This document shows positions 10,467-21,393 of a stretch of DNA of 64,000 nt, one piece after another; the stretch's first letter is position 1; each line of letters begins with the position of its first letter. Origin of the DNA: a virus. Below the pieces are notes generated by a model that saw nothing but the letters and a program-made list of their open reading frames with translations, was not told the origin of the DNA and did not search any database. The stretch lies in IMG/VR virus record IMGVR_UViG_3300044974_000943. One strand, given 5' to 3'. The translations under genes and the position numbers were made by a program.

Positions 10467-10707
10467 GTGAAGTCTGACAATCCCATTTGATATTTATGGT
10501 AATCGTCTGCCTCCTTTTCCTTTTCAAGTTCTTTCTGTTTTTCAACGTACTCTTTCAACATAATAATCCCTTCTTGTTGAGAAATGGTCATTGTAACAAG
10601 ATGTTCTAGAATTTCTTCGAGCTTGGTAGGGTCTTCCAGATTACGGGTTCTCCAATAGGTCTGGAAGTTTTTAAGCTCTTGCAAAGTATCGACGTTAGGT
10701 TCCATAG

Positions 10708-11844
10708 TTATTTTTTACTGTCGTAGTAGGGATTCATGACCTTGACCGACAAATCATTTGAGTAAACGGTGCGAACAACAATACCCTCAATCACACTACC
10801 GCTTTCTTTCTCTTTTTTGAAAATATCAGCAGCAAGCGAAATTAGCTCGTCGTAGTTTTTAGGTGTTGTTGGGAAATCTGCGGGGCAAAGATAATTAAGT
10901 TCAAGTTCTTCACAAATAGCATCGAGATTATGCTCTTCACTATAATTGATTCGAGTTGCAAAGCCACTTGCCAAGTTATCCACACCAAAGAGATATAACC
11001 CTTGTTTGCATTGAGCATGAGGATTGAGTTTGTTACCGCTACCTTTCAAGCCTTGACCGTAGATTTCACCACGAAATGCCAATTCGACGTTGTGCTTTTT
11101 GCAGTATTCCATGCCTTTCTCGTATAGACCAGAAGACTTAGCCAGCTTGACCCAACTATCGGCAGTGTCGTCAGTAATTTTCTTTTCTAACGAGCGAGAG
11201 CAAACGCCAGTGTACCAATTACCTTCGGAGTCCTTCTTGAAAAACTCGGTGAACGAGCTACCGTCAATTTTGATAGTGTACGCAACTTCTGCTCCGCTTG
11301 CAAGAACACGATTAATGTGGGACTTGAGGTTCGCGCAGTTGACTTCATCCGTAGCATACAGAAAAGAAGGTAGTGTGCCTCTGGTTAGCCCTGTAGCGCC
11401 TCTCTCTGGCTCTTCCCACTTAACGATACCTAGTGTTGCTGCGAGGTCTTCAGCCGTCAGTAACTCGATAGGTAACTCATTTGTATTGAGCAAGATACCT
11501 ACAGAATAGATTGGGTCACTTTTACCTTCAAAGCTAAAATTAAACTTGAGCGCTCTAATGCGATTGTTTTTGCCGAGTCGAGACTTGTTGGGGTCGCCAT
11601 TAGGAGCCGTAAAACTGGCGAACAGAGGAGAATCGGGTAAGCAGTAGTCAGGTTGAATGTAAACAGCCTTGGAACCTACTTGATAGATACCTTTTTGTGA
11701 AATGACGTTATAGCCGCATTCATCACCATTGGCAAAGTTGAAGTTCACAACTTGGATAGCAGAGGCTTCTTCGCCATTTTTATAGATAGGGATAATACGC
11801 GAGATTGTAACGATTTCGACGGGAGCAATAGAGGTGTTAGTCAT
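10708..11844 (-). CDS. RNA ligase (Rnl2/DRB0094-like) with N-terminal OB-like domain
   Basis: Nucleotidyltransferase motifs I (TIKIDGSS), III (FRGEIYG), IIIa (YLFGV), IV (EGIVVR), V (SVKV). Confidence 0.9.
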   Translation of the reverse strand: MTNTSIAPVEIVTISRIIPIYKNGEEASAIQVVNFNFANGDECGYNVISQKGIYQVGSKAVYIQPDYCLPDSPLFASFTAPNGDPNKSRLGKNNRIRALKFNFSFEGKSDPIYSVGILLNTNELPIELLTAEDLAATLGIVKWEEPERGATGLTRGTLPSFLYATDEVNCANLKSHINRVLASGAEVAYTIKIDGSSFTEFFKKDSEGNWYTGVCSRSLEKKITDDTADSWVKLAKSSGLYEKGMEYCKKHNVELAFRGEIYGQGLKGSGNKLNPHAQCKQGLYLFGVDNLASGFATRINYSEEHNLDAICEELELNYLCPADFPTTPKNYDELISLAADIFKKEKESGSVIEGIVVRTVYSNDLSVKVMNPYYDSKK

Positions 11845-13009
11845 AGTTCTTTTACTAATTTAATTTCATCGGGAATTTTAGATTGTTTTTCATGCTCAAG
11901 CAATTGGTTGATATAAGTTTCAGCTTCTTCAAGTGTTGCGTAACGAATTACTTCCATTGCATCATAACCAACATCTCTTCTTTCTGCTATATACCAAAAG
12001 AGGTAAAACCGTTGATATACGAGATAATAGTCCTCTGAAACATTGTGGAAAATTTTGAATCTTGGTGGCAGTTTAAATTTCATAGATTCTATCCCAATCA
12101 AAAGTGACAGAAAAAGTGGGCGGCATGATGGTGTAGTAGTTTTCGCCTTTATCAGTCTTCCATTTCCAATCCCAAAAATCAATAGTAAAGAATACGAAAG
12201 TAATATAAACAGAAAAGATGGATAGGACAATTATATCGGCGCATCCCCACGAAGGGAGTAATTTAATTTTCATACTCGTATTCCTCAAGTTGTTGATGTG
12301 CTTGTTGTAGCGCTTCTCGACGGTCGCTTCGCTTAGCTGCACGTTTGAATGGTGTCCAGTTGTATTTGGTGTCTACACGTTGATTGTCTCCCCAGTTAGA
12401 GCCTCCATACTGTCTGCTGACTCTACGACGTACTTTAGCCCAGCGAGATGCGCGAGGATGTGTGAATGGACTACCAATGGCTTTAATGATTCGGTGCAAG
12501 AAGCGAAGGAAGAATAGGTCTTTGTGCTTTTTTGTTCGTGACATTGTATTGCTCCTGAGTAACTATTGGGAGTATGACAGAAAAAGAGTATGTTGTCAAC
12601 TACTAAAACCAGCCTAAGAGTATTTTTTCTTGTTCTACTAGGGCATCACGTAGTTTACGCTCAGCTTGTCGTTCTATCGTAAACAGCCTTTCTTTTTCTG
12701 CCTCTACAGTTAAGTGTTTTTCAACTTCATCAGACAAAAATAGTGAGTCGTAGTAAGAAAGTAGTTTGTAGTAGTATTCATAAAGCCTAATACAGTATTC
12801 AATTTTAGACTCCTCATCTGCTATAGATAGATTCTCAAAAACAAAATCTAAATTAGTAGATATCCTTATAATTTCTTTAGCAAGTAGTGGAGCAGTTGTA
12901 TCTTTATACTGCTGAAGAATGTTGTGGGTATCTATATAAAGTTTGTTTAGTTTATCTGGGATAGGGATTATCCTAGATTCTTGTGGATTAGGAAGACTTC
13001 CTAGCATCG

Positions 13010-13537
13010 CTATTCATAAAGGTAGATTTCGTGTTCGGGCATACAATCAGCAAACTGCTCGACAATTTTCCTCACGTCAGCCCACTCAAGACCGCCAAGC
13101 CCACAGCCAAGTTTAGGTATGTGAATATTACGTGTTTGTTTGCGCCACTGAACGTAACCATGATAGTCGGAATTACAAGATACAGCCAATTCGACAAGAC
13201 CCTGCTTAATCCAGTCGAGTTGCGAAGGTTTGCGCCAATCATCTTTAGTGGGGAAAAGCACTATTAATCCAGAACCGCCCCAATTGGCAGGTATACTACA
13301 AGCGGCAGAAGGGAAAGCATAGTGACCGCCCAGAATTAAAGGCAATCCAGTTTTCAAATGCCCACCACCACAAAAAAGTGCGTACTCCTTGAAATAGCTT
13401 GGATACATTTTCTTGAAATCAAGCGCCAAACCTTTCCCCATCACTCCAACTGTGTTCACAGGGATAAAAATGGAGTTCTCAGGATTAGTGAGGTCAACGT
13501 CGAGAATGTTAGCGCCTTGGGGCATTGTATTAAGCAT
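13010..13537 (-). CDS. macrodomain protein (DarG/Appr-1''-p type ADP-ribose hydrolase)
   Basis: PVNTVGVMGKGLALDFK, LFPTKDDWR, IPKLGCGLGGLEW; start adjusted to MLNTM. Confidence 0.9.
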   Translation of the reverse strand: MLNTMPQGANILDVDLTNPENSIFIPVNTVGVMGKGLALDFKKMYPSYFKEYALFCGGGHLKTGLPLILGGHYAFPSAACSIPANWGGSGLIVLFPTKDDWRKPSQLDWIKQGLVELAVSCNSDYHGYVQWRKQTRNIHIPKLGCGLGGLEWADVRKIVEQFADCMPEHEIYLYE

Positions 13538-14207
13538 CTTGTGCGTTCTCCAAAATAATGTTGCCAAACAAGCTCTTCTTGATGAAGTCAAGTGCCACTG
13601 GGTCAGGCTTATTAAGTGCCTTGTCAATAGTTTTGTCCCACTCAACTGCAAATTCCCACGAACGGTTTTCAAATCCTTCTTTAGGTTGAAATGGGGCTAC
13701 TTCTTTTTCTGCATCTGAGACGTAGCCGAACATACTTTCACCCATAGATTCTGCCATTTTCCTGAGGTGTTCCGATGCTGCCTTTTCTACTTTTTCGACC
13801 ACATCGCCAATCTTTTCCAAAGGGGTTTTCTCCGAAGTTTCGTACTCAAAATCGTTGATGTGAAACTCTGGGTAGCGAATTTCAGGATATTGCTTGACTG
13901 CCTTACCATTAAAGAACAATGAGCGATATTCTCCACCACATTCACCATCACTAACAGATAAGCAAAAACAAGTATCGCGAAAATTATTGAATATAGGCAA
14001 CAAGTCATTAATATACATCCAACTGAAAGGGTCATCTGGAGTATGTAAAAATTCAACCCCCAAATCTAAATCCTCAGTGTTCTGCAACACAAAGTTTTCT
14101 GGTTGCACAGTTAGTACTTTTTGAGCAATAACAATAGCGATTTCGTGTAAAGACTTGTCTGAGTAGTTTTCTAGAATTGAGATACTGTAGCGGCGAGGGT
14201 TACTCAT
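13530..14207 (-). CDS. hypothetical phage protein
   Basis: 225-aa ORF in operon context. Confidence 0.6.
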   Translation of the reverse strand: MSNPRRYSISILENYSDKSLHEIAIVIAQKVLTVQPENFVLQNTEDLDLGVEFLHTPDDPFSWMYINDLLPIFNNFRDTCFCLSVSDGECGGEYRSLFFNGKAVKQYPEIRYPEFHINDFEYETSEKTPLEKIGDVVEKVEKAASEHLRKMAESMGESMFGYVSDAEKEVAPFQPKEGFENRSWEFAVEWDKTIDKALNKPDPVALDFIKKSLFGNIILENAQDA

Positions 14208-14437
14208 AAATAATAAGGCTCCGTCAAAGTGCGAACAAAAATAAGCATAATCTGCAATCCAAACACAGTCAATACTACTATCAACAGATATTCGAGCATC
14301 AGTTTATAGAGTTGGTCAAAATCAAACATAGCTTCGCTCCTCTAAATATGGAAAAGGGACACCGCAGCGTCCCCCTATAAATTTGTTGCTTTACTCGCTC
14401 AATAAATATAGGTAGGAGTAAAGCGTGTAGCTCGTCT

Positions 14438-14911
14438 CTACTTCGATTCAGTGAGTTTACCGACAAATACCGCTTCATTCTTGCTTCGTGACTCCACTGG
14501 AACTCGGATATCAAGTACACCACCTTCATAACTCAACACAGGTGCTGAAGTGGCGACTAGGTAGCTAGGAATCTTGCTAGAGAATTTCCCTTTACCCGCA
14601 CGTTCAGTCCAAGTGAGTTCGAGCTTGTTGTCTTTGGTTATTGTGGCAGTAGCGGAAGTTTTATCGAGGTTGAAGATACCAAGGGAGACGATAAATTCGT
14701 GCTTACCATTGTTAGCATCGTAGATATACCCGTTCTCGAAAACAGCTGTAGGTGAGAGAAGTTGTTCGCGTTCGGCAGTAGATGCTTTAGCGTAGAGAGA
14801 GTCCTCTTTTATTTTTCGCTCTTGAGCAGCCACTACATTTTCAGGTGTAGAAAGCAAGTCGATTAAATCGTCTAAATAAAAACTTCCAAAAGGTAGTGTT
14901 CTGTATGTCAT
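14438..14911 (-). CDS. small heat-shock protein (Hsp20/alpha-crystallin-like), divergent
   Basis: C-terminal LSYEGGVLDIRVP matches the A-x-Y-x-x-G-V-L-x-I motif. Confidence 0.6.
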   Translation of the reverse strand: MTYRTLPFGSFYLDDLIDLLSTPENVVAAQERKIKEDSLYAKASTAEREQLLSPTAVFENGYIYDANNGKHEFIVSLGIFNLDKTSATATITKDNKLELTWTERAGKGKFSSKIPSYLVATSAPVLSYEGGVLDIRVPVESRSKNEAVFVGKLTESK

Positions 14912-14920
14912 AGTTGTTAG

Positions 14921-15328
14921 TTATTCAGGAAATGTTGTAAAATCGTCGTGTACAAGATTGATATTTTCAGTATCGCTTACAGTTGGTTCTGGTGCAATAC
15001 TTCTTTGGGTAGGTGTTACCGCTTTTTTGGTTGCGGCTTTCCGAACATTCTTGACAACAGGTACAGGAGCTTCTTGTACAGGCTCTGGTGAAGCTTCCAA
15101 GGCACGGAAGGCTTGTAATGACTGTTGCGCCACATTCAAACGATTCAGTAGCCCAAATTCTCTACTTTTAGCTTCCTCTACTTTGCGAAGTTCAGAGTTG
15201 AGGAAATTAATTTCAGTTTCCAGTATCGACAGGATATCTACCGATAAGTCTTGTTGAGCTTTCTCATTCACAAGTTCGGGTAACGAGGATGGTCGCGTGT
15301 AGCGCTTGTTATTTTGTAGTAGTGGCAT
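14921..15328 (-). CDS. hypothetical coiled-coil protein
   Basis: ORF only. Confidence 0.55.
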   Translation of the reverse strand: MPLLQNNKRYTRPSSLPELVNEKAQQDLSVDILSILETEINFLNSELRKVEEAKSREFGLLNRLNVAQQSLQAFRALEASPEPVQEAPVPVVKNVRKAATKKAVTPTQRSIAPEPTVSDTENINLVHDDFTTFPE

Positions 15329-15929
15329 CTTTAGGTTTAGTTTTGCGAGGTGTACTGGTGCGTCGAGGAGTGGCTTCCTCGTAGGGGTTTTTGATTTTTG
15401 CGTCTTCTTGTTCAGCTAGGGCTTCGTTAAGCCATTGATATTTTTCATCATCGCTGTCAAGGTCTTCGTCATCATTATAGTGCGAGTAGTCGAGGAAGTT
15501 GTAGCCCTTGCCATTTTTTAGGTCGAAGCTAACCCAAAATTCGTCTAGCGACTCGGCAGAAAAGAATGTTGTAGGTGAAAGCAAGATAGCGCTATGATGG
15601 TCAAGCTCAAAGTCTTGGCGAAACTTTGCCCCCTTCCTAGACTGAATAAATTCTTTGACAGCTTGATACTCTAACCACCCAAAGGTGAAATATATAGCTA
15701 CCTTACGACCGTAGATTTGTAAGATGGTGTTATAACAAGCAAGTTCTTCCCAAGTTGTTGCTTCGTTGAGGTCGAATCGGTCGCGTTTAAATTTCTCAAC
15801 AGCTTTGGGTAAATTTGCGTTGCACCAAGTACGAAGTAGGTCGATGTCGAGGCGCTTGAGGCGGATTTGCGGGTAGTCTAGTTGTCGAATGAGGCTGCTG
15901 ACTCGAAGGCGAATGTCATGTTTTACCAT
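15309..15929 (-). CDS. hypothetical phage protein
   Basis: ORF only. Confidence 0.6.
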   Translation of the reverse strand: MVKHDIRLRVSSLIRQLDYPQIRLKRLDIDLLRTWCNANLPKAVEKFKRDRFDLNEATTWEELACYNTILQIYGRKVAIYFTFGWLEYQAVKEFIQSRKGAKFRQDFELDHHSAILLSPTTFFSAESLDEFWVSFDLKNGKGYNFLDYSHYNDDEDLDSDDEKYQWLNEALAEQEDAKIKNPYEEATPRRTSTPRKTKPKDATTTK

Positions 15930-16387
15930 TAAGACTTGTTGCTCCCGTCAGTACCTACAAGCCAGATAATCAACTGGCATACAGCTACAGTGCCAAATGT
16001 AGCGATGAGAAATACTATGAAACTAAGCATATTTTGTCTTTTCCTGATTATTTATTTTTAAAATTTCACTTCCAGCACTATCATCTAGTACTGTAAAAAG
16101 AGTCTCCTCTGCGACTTCAGATTCTTTGCTGATAAGTAGTCTGGGGGTAGTTGTGTCTAAAGATGTTTGCTGAGTATGGGAATAAACCGTAGCGTCAGCA
16201 GATTGAATACGATAACCAAAAAGACTCTCATCGAAAACTTTCTTACTGAAAATCTCAATGATAGTACCAAAAATTACGTTAGCTTTGTAAATGATAGCAA
16301 CTTTGTCGCCTAATACACGCATAGAAAAAATTACAGAGTGGTTTACTGTTTTAAAGCTACCACTATGTAATTGAGGATTGTATCTAT

Positions 16388-17155
16388 CTAAAGAAATAGA
16401 TTGTCTTCGACGGTAGATTCTAGTCCGAATGCCTTTAAAGTATATTGAAACGGTTTGTCAGGGATATTTTCTATAAGATACAACATTGTGTTGGCTATAG
16501 ATTTTATTTCACGTTGAGCATGAGGCGAATTACGAAGTTTTTGAATATTGACAAAGCTACGAAAATTCATCTGCCAATCAAAGTTGAGTTGAGTATTGTA
16601 GCCGAGGAAATATCTCGCAGATTCTTTTGCACGTTTACGACCTAAAGGTTTCGAGATGTCTTTGACGGCTTGATGGTACAGTTTGAAGTGACGCTCAGAC
16701 TCATGTTTTAGTACGTCTGTCCAATACTGCCCTGATTCGTAACCAATTTCACCATTATCTTCGAGAAAATCTTCTTGCAAAGTCAAACCAGTCCAATCTT
16801 CAGGGATATAAAAGCGGTCAGCCACAAACTCCTTATACCTTGCAGATTCCGAATTGATTTGGGAAATACGATGTTTTAACGCATGTATGTGGCTTGCAAT
16901 ATCCCCTGTAATCTGGAAATCTAGTATACCCTTTTCCATAGGGGTGTGATGTCCCTCGCTGGCAAGGAAATCAAGTAATTCCCAAGGGGATTTCTTCTTA
17001 GTCTTAGCAATTGCCTCGAAGATAGCATCTACACGGTCGGGGATTGACTCTGGAAGCTTGATGCCAAGTTCTTCGGTAGTAGATTGCCAAGCGGAAATGC
17101 AAGAGCGCTTGTCGCCGCCATAATAGCCAATTAATTCAACTTTATTTTGCGTCAT
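16388..17155 (-). CDS. thyX: FAD-dependent thymidylate synthase
   Basis: GHHTPME, KHR-x7-SARY (ThyX RHRx7S motif), KESARYFL, NFRSF, HAQREI. Confidence 0.93.
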   Translation of the reverse strand: MTQNKVELIGYYGGDKRSCISAWQSTTEELGIKLPESIPDRVDAIFEAIAKTKKKSPWELLDFLASEGHHTPMEKGILDFQITGDIASHIHALKHRISQINSESARYKEFVADRFYIPEDWTGLTLQEDFLEDNGEIGYESGQYWTDVLKHESERHFKLYHQAVKDISKPLGRKRAKESARYFLGYNTQLNFDWQMNFRSFVNIQKLRNSPHAQREIKSIANTMLYLIENIPDKPFQYTLKAFGLESTVEDNLFL

Positions 17156-17310
17156 GGTTTTGCTTCTCGTTCTTGGATAGTGTGGTCTAAGTCGTAGTCT
17201 TCTTTTTTCTCTTTTACATAAGCTTCGGCTGATGGTCGAGACAGGAAAATTTCTTCTAATTGGGAATCTTCGTCACCGTAAATCCGCCGCCAAACTATAT
17301 AAACTGTCAT
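17152..17310 (-). CDS. 52-aa hypothetical protein (MTVYIVWRR...), paralog of 17561-17719
   Basis: Translated by hand; stop overlaps thyX start (ATGA). Confidence 0.7.
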   Translation of the reverse strand: MTVYIVWRRIYGDEDSQLEEIFLSRPSAEAYVKEKKEDYDLDHTIQEREAKP

Positions 17311-17560
17311 GCTGCGTCTCTCCAACTTATGTCGTAGTGACCATCAGGATTTGCGTCAACCCATTTCACTGCGTAACCTAAATCTTGCAACCTAATTTTG
17401 GTAGCTTCTGAGATATCTTCTTTTTCTGCCCATAATAATTTGGCATGGTCAAGTCCTTCTTTCTGCTCTGTTACACAAAATGCAATCAGATATTCAAGGT
17501 CATCGTACATATTGTCATGTACTTGTAGATTTCTAACCGCATTCGCTGATAAGATTTGCA

Positions 17561-17719
17561 TCAGTTTCTTACCTTAAATTCTTTGATGGTGTGTTCTAAG
17601 TGGTACTGTTCTTTCTTCCTTTTTACATATTTTTCTGCTGCACTCAGAGAAGAAAAAATTTCTACCAATTCATCATTCTCTGATTCTTCCCAATATCTCC
17701 AAACTGTATAAACTGTCAT
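17561..17719 (-). CDS. 52-aa hypothetical protein (MTVYTVWRY...)
   Basis: Translated by hand; same length as 17152-17310 and shares EIF.S..AE.YVK.KKE.Y.L.HTI. Confidence 0.7.
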   Translation of the reverse strand: MTVYTVWRYWEESENDELVEIFSSLSAAEKYVKRKKEQYHLEHTIKEFKVRN

Positions 17720-17739
17720 GCTGTATTTTCTCTCCGTTG

Positions 17740-18195
17740 TTATAATAGTGTACGTCTTGCTTCAAGGTGATTCAGAAGCCATCGATATTTTGTACTCTCG
17801 TCAACTACATTACCCTCAGCATCTACGTGGTAGTACAGAAAAGGAAGTGTCGATTCAGTAAACTCTTCTTGCCAGTACTCACTCCATTTCAATTTTTGGT
17901 CGAGCGCTTTTTTGATTTTTTCTTGAAGCTCGGCTGCGGGTAGTTGCTGCTTTTTAGGCAACGCTGTAAGTTGGGTAGCAAGAAGTTCAGTTTCCCAACC
18001 GTACACACGGCTCAGGCGGCTGTCTTCTTTGCTGCACAAACTATACCAGTAAGCAGCCACACATAGGAATCGTCCTTCAGGAGTATTTAATTCGCAGAGA
18101 GTACGAGGGGCGAGAAATTTGCCGATAAAAGTTGCTGCCTTAGAGTCAATCCTGATATGAGTTTTGCCGTCGAGGGTTGGGTCAATATTAGACAT
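17740..18195 (-). CDS. conserved phage protein, possibly NADAR-like fold
   Basis: DGKTHIRIDSKAATFIGKFL...TPEGRF...YWY...STLPFLYY resembles a widespread phage family; fold is inferred. Confidence 0.45.
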   Translation of the reverse strand: MSNIDPTLDGKTHIRIDSKAATFIGKFLAPRTLCELNTPEGRFLCVAAYWYSLCSKEDSRLSRVYGWETELLATQLTALPKKQQLPAAELQEKIKKALDQKLKWSEYWQEEFTESTLPFLYYHVDAEGNVVDESTKYRWLLNHLEARRTLL

Positions 18196-18941
18196 AATTC
18201 ACCTTGATTCCTTTTTCTGCACAATATGATTGAAATCCTGCGCCAGTCTTCAGCTTCTTGGCTAAGCGGATGTTGTTGGGATACTTGCCATTGACTTCGT
18301 AGTATTTCTCTACGTGCTTCTTGAGGTCTTCTAGTGTTAGTTCCATATTATTTCGCCCTCCTAAAATTCTGCTCGAAGTGTTTCATTCTCTTTTTGTAGG
18401 CTTTTTTCAATTTTTTGATTTGTTGTGCATCTAGTCCTCGCAAATCATCAATCTCACGATAACCTTCTAATTTTTTGACCACGTTATTTACCCATTAAGC
18501 GTTTAATATTCTCGATAGCTTCCTCAGTTTTTACACCTCCACTTGACCATTTACTGATACCTTTGGTGATATCTGCAACAGAAAAACCCGCATCTCTGCA
18601 CACTTGCCAGTGGGGAAGTAGACGACCCGCGAAGTCTTCATCAAACTCGCAGTTTACAAAATTAAAATGAAGTGATAGTCGCCAATTACCAACTCGAAGT
18701 CGTACTTGGTTATAGTCAGGAAAACATTCTGGGTGATGTTGTCCAAAATCAATGCGAGTACCAAAATCGATGAACGGAAGTCCTTGTTGCTTCCAATCAG
18801 TCATTGTGTACGGGTTCCAATTAGCTTTGGAGATGCCGTGAATTTGATGGAAGCGGTAGTTGAAGAATCTCATGTTGTCAATATAAATAAAAAGAGGGAC
18901 AATAGCATCCCTCCTAAGATGTAACTATGTCAAAGCTAGGC

Positions 18942-19679
18942 TCAAACGTAGTTAGCTGTGTTTCTGTTGTCCAACTCGAAGAAAGCTGGCATTCTACTTC
19001 TACGTGTTTCAGCCAACTCAGGGGCTACTCCACGATATAGGAGGGAATCTGATTGACGAATCCAGAAGTCCTTACTTGCATGATTAGGGTTGGCTGCTGC
19101 GGTCACTTCACCAACCTTATCTACCATCCAAGCGACAGTAGTTTTGCGTAAGCGGTCAAGATTAGTGGTCAGTTCGATTCCCATATCTTTGCAGAAAAGA
19201 GAATTGGTGACAACATGAATCTGCTCGTCCATTGAGATGTCACTAGAAACGGTTCTAAGGGCGCTATTACCTAGAAAACGTAAGATAGGGAGCAACACAA
19301 AGAATACAGAGCGCTCAAGCACCATAGCCTTAAGTACAGTATGTTCGGGTGCGTTTACCCAAGCGTTGACGATTGCGCTAGCTTCTTTGTCGTAGTTGTG
19401 CAACCGATTTCCAAATGAGTCAGCAGCGTATTGCAGAGCTTGGTCGTGACGAATCTCATCGACAATGTTGCTTTCGAGAAGTTCGAGGCTAGTTGCAGGT
19501 ATTTCCTTCTTAGTAGCAGCTTCGATAAAGTTACCGACAGGGATTTCGAGCGCTCTTAAGGCTAATGCTCTGGCAAGAACATCTTCAGCACCAGAAACTA
19601 CAGGTTCGTAGGTAGGGCGAACAGGTGTCCATTTTCTTTTTTTTGTGAGTAGGTCGGTGTAATTGGAAGTAGAAGTCAT
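18942..19679 (-). CDS. nrdB: ribonucleotide reductase small (beta) subunit, short cyanophage type
   Basis: RKWTPV N-terminus, DEIRHD and DEQIHV ferritin-like metal motifs, RMPAFFE C-terminus; adjacent to the alpha subunit. Confidence 0.85.
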   Translation of the reverse strand: MTSTSNYTDLLTKKRKWTPVRPTYEPVVSGAEDVLARALALRALEIPVGNFIEAATKKEIPATSLELLESNIVDEIRHDQALQYAADSFGNRLHNYDKEASAIVNAWVNAPEHTVLKAMVLERSVFFVLLPILRFLGNSALRTVSSDISMDEQIHVVTNSLFCKDMGIELTTNLDRLRKTTVAWMVDKVGEVTAAANPNHASKDFWIRQSDSLLYRGVAPELAETRRSRMPAFFELDNRNTANYV

Positions 19680-19683
19680 GGCA

Positions 19684-21393
19684 TTATTCCGAGCAAGATG
19701 TGCAATGTATACGAGAAGATTCGGCTTGAGGTTCAAACCCGAAGATAGAAAAGTCAATAATTTCGCCACTAGGAACGGTAAAAGTTGACTTATCTTGTGT
19801 GTTGGGCTTGACGGGCAAGCTGTAGTATAGCGATTTAATTGGGCTATCGAGGAAGTCTTGAATGAATTTCTGGTCAGCGTAAATCATATCGCTCCACCAG
19901 TTCATGCTGATTGAGTGACCAAGACCTGTTGAATCCATCAAGCGTTGGAAATAAGAGTTCAGCTTGAAGAAGGTTTCCCAGCCCACTTCAGCAGCGATTT
20001 CAGTCTTGGGGTGGTAATCATAACTCTTGACACCAAAAGTAGCAGAGTCGCGTTCGATTGAGCGATTAATTGGAGGTGCGATTTCGGGTGCAGTTGTGTA
20101 TCCTTCGCGGTCTACGTGATTGTACGAGCAAGTTGCTGTTGGTGCGATGGTGAATGCTCTTTCCATCCCGTACTTTTTCGCAATTTCCGCACCCTTACGG
20201 TATCCAAAAATGAGCGAGTCAACAATATCTAAAGCTTTCTGACTATATTTTGTTGTAATAGGGTACTTACCATCCTTGAAGGCTAGTGATAAAGCCTGAA
20301 CTAACTCAAGATAAGTCACACCTTCAATAGCTAGCAAATTAGCTAATCCAAGTAAGCCGTAACCAACTTGACGGTCTTCTTCGGGCTTACGGTAGATACC
20401 AGAATCTCCCACACCTGTAATTGCGTGAAGTTGGCATAGAATTTCTACGCCTTCAGCCATTACTTGAGGAATTTCTTCGATAGTGCAAGCGCCAAGATTA
20501 CCGTGCATTAATAAACAAGTTGCTCTATGTTTAATAGCAATTTCAAGGCAGACTTGTAAATAGATGCGTTCGCCCTTAGCGTCGTATAGCTTCTTAACAA
20601 GCCAAACGTCACCGCCTTGCATTTTCTCGATTAGGTCAGCGAGAATTTCGGGATGAGAGATAATTAAATGCTCGTCCACATTAAGAGCGCGTTTAGCCCA
20701 AGAGACTTGTTCGCGAGTCATGTTTAGGAACTCGGAGACGTTTGGGTAGTCGTAGTCATAGTGGAGTGTGATTGCGCCATTTTTGAAGATGCCTCCACGA
20801 CGAAGTACTTGATTTAGAGTACTGTAGACACCAGAGAGGGTAGTGAGTGAAGTGTCGGAAATGTAAGCGTATAGTGCAGTATAAATTGCTTTGAAGCTGC
20901 TTGCACCAGATGCTGTTAGACCTTGTGAGTTTGTGGTTCCTTTGGTACGGAGACGGCTTAAATCTACTACGAGTGGACGAGTACCTGTGTAGTTAAGAAA
21001 CGCCAGCCAAGAGTTCTCAATAGACATTGCAAGAGATTCACTTTCTTCCATTGAATCAGCTACAGAAATCACATATTCATGGGTTTCAGGCTCCATGAAT
21101 ATTTCAGGTAAAACCGTACCATATTCATCTTCGCAGTTTTCACCTAGATAGACTCGCCACTCAAAGCTACGATTGATTGGTTTAATGTTTTCAGGTAAAT
21201 GAATCGCCACACCTGCTGCATTGCGTAATGCTTTCGATGTGAAAATAAAGCTTTCGTCGATATTGTTATCGTCACACACAAATACTGTACAGCTAACTGG
21301 TAAGCGTGAGCCGCTATTCTTCATCCAGTCCTTGATTCTGCCTGTTACAGCTTGTTTTCCCCATGTCGGGAATTTAGTAATGTCTAAAGTCAC
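19684..21393 (-). CDS. nrdA: ribonucleotide reductase large (alpha) subunit, cyanopodovirus/siphovirus type, no ATP cone
   Basis: RLPVSCTVF, VCLEI (thiyl Cys), TIAPTATCS, SLYY, C-terminal CxxC; likely GTG start at 21393. Confidence 0.9.
   Translation of the reverse strand: MTLDITKFPTWGKQAVTGRIKDWMKNSGSRLPVSCTVFVCDDNNIDESFIFTSKALRNAAGVAIHLPENIKPINRSFEWRVYLGENCEDEYGTVLPEIFMEPETHEYVISVADSMEESESLAMSIENSWLAFLNYTGTRPLVVDLSRLRTKGTTNSQGLTASGASSFKAIYTALYAYISDTSLTTLSGVYSTLNQVLRRGGIFKNGAITLHYDYDYPNVSEFLNMTREQVSWAKRALNVDEHLIISHPEILADLIEKMQGGDVWLVKKLYDAKGERIYLQVCLEIAIKHRATCLLMHGNLGACTIEEIPQVMAEGVEILCQLHAITGVGDSGIYRKPEEDRQVGYGLLGLANLLAIEGVTYLELVQALSLAFKDGKYPITTKYSQKALDIVDSLIFGYRKGAEIAKKYGMERAFTIAPTATCSYNHVDREGYTTAPEIAPPINRSIERDSATFGVKSYDYHPKTEIAAEVGWETFFKLNSYFQRLMDSTGLGHSISMNWWSDMIYADQKFIQDFLDSPIKSLYYSLPVKPNTQDKSTFTVPSGEIIDFSIFGFEPQAESSRIHCTSCSE

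Noticed and set aside
11090-11509. Long antisense ORFs opposite core genes (also 14958-15257, 37517-37885, 45805-46326)
   Set aside because: These are shadow frames of well-supported minus-strand genes and lack the -10/6-nt signature of the real plus-strand genes.
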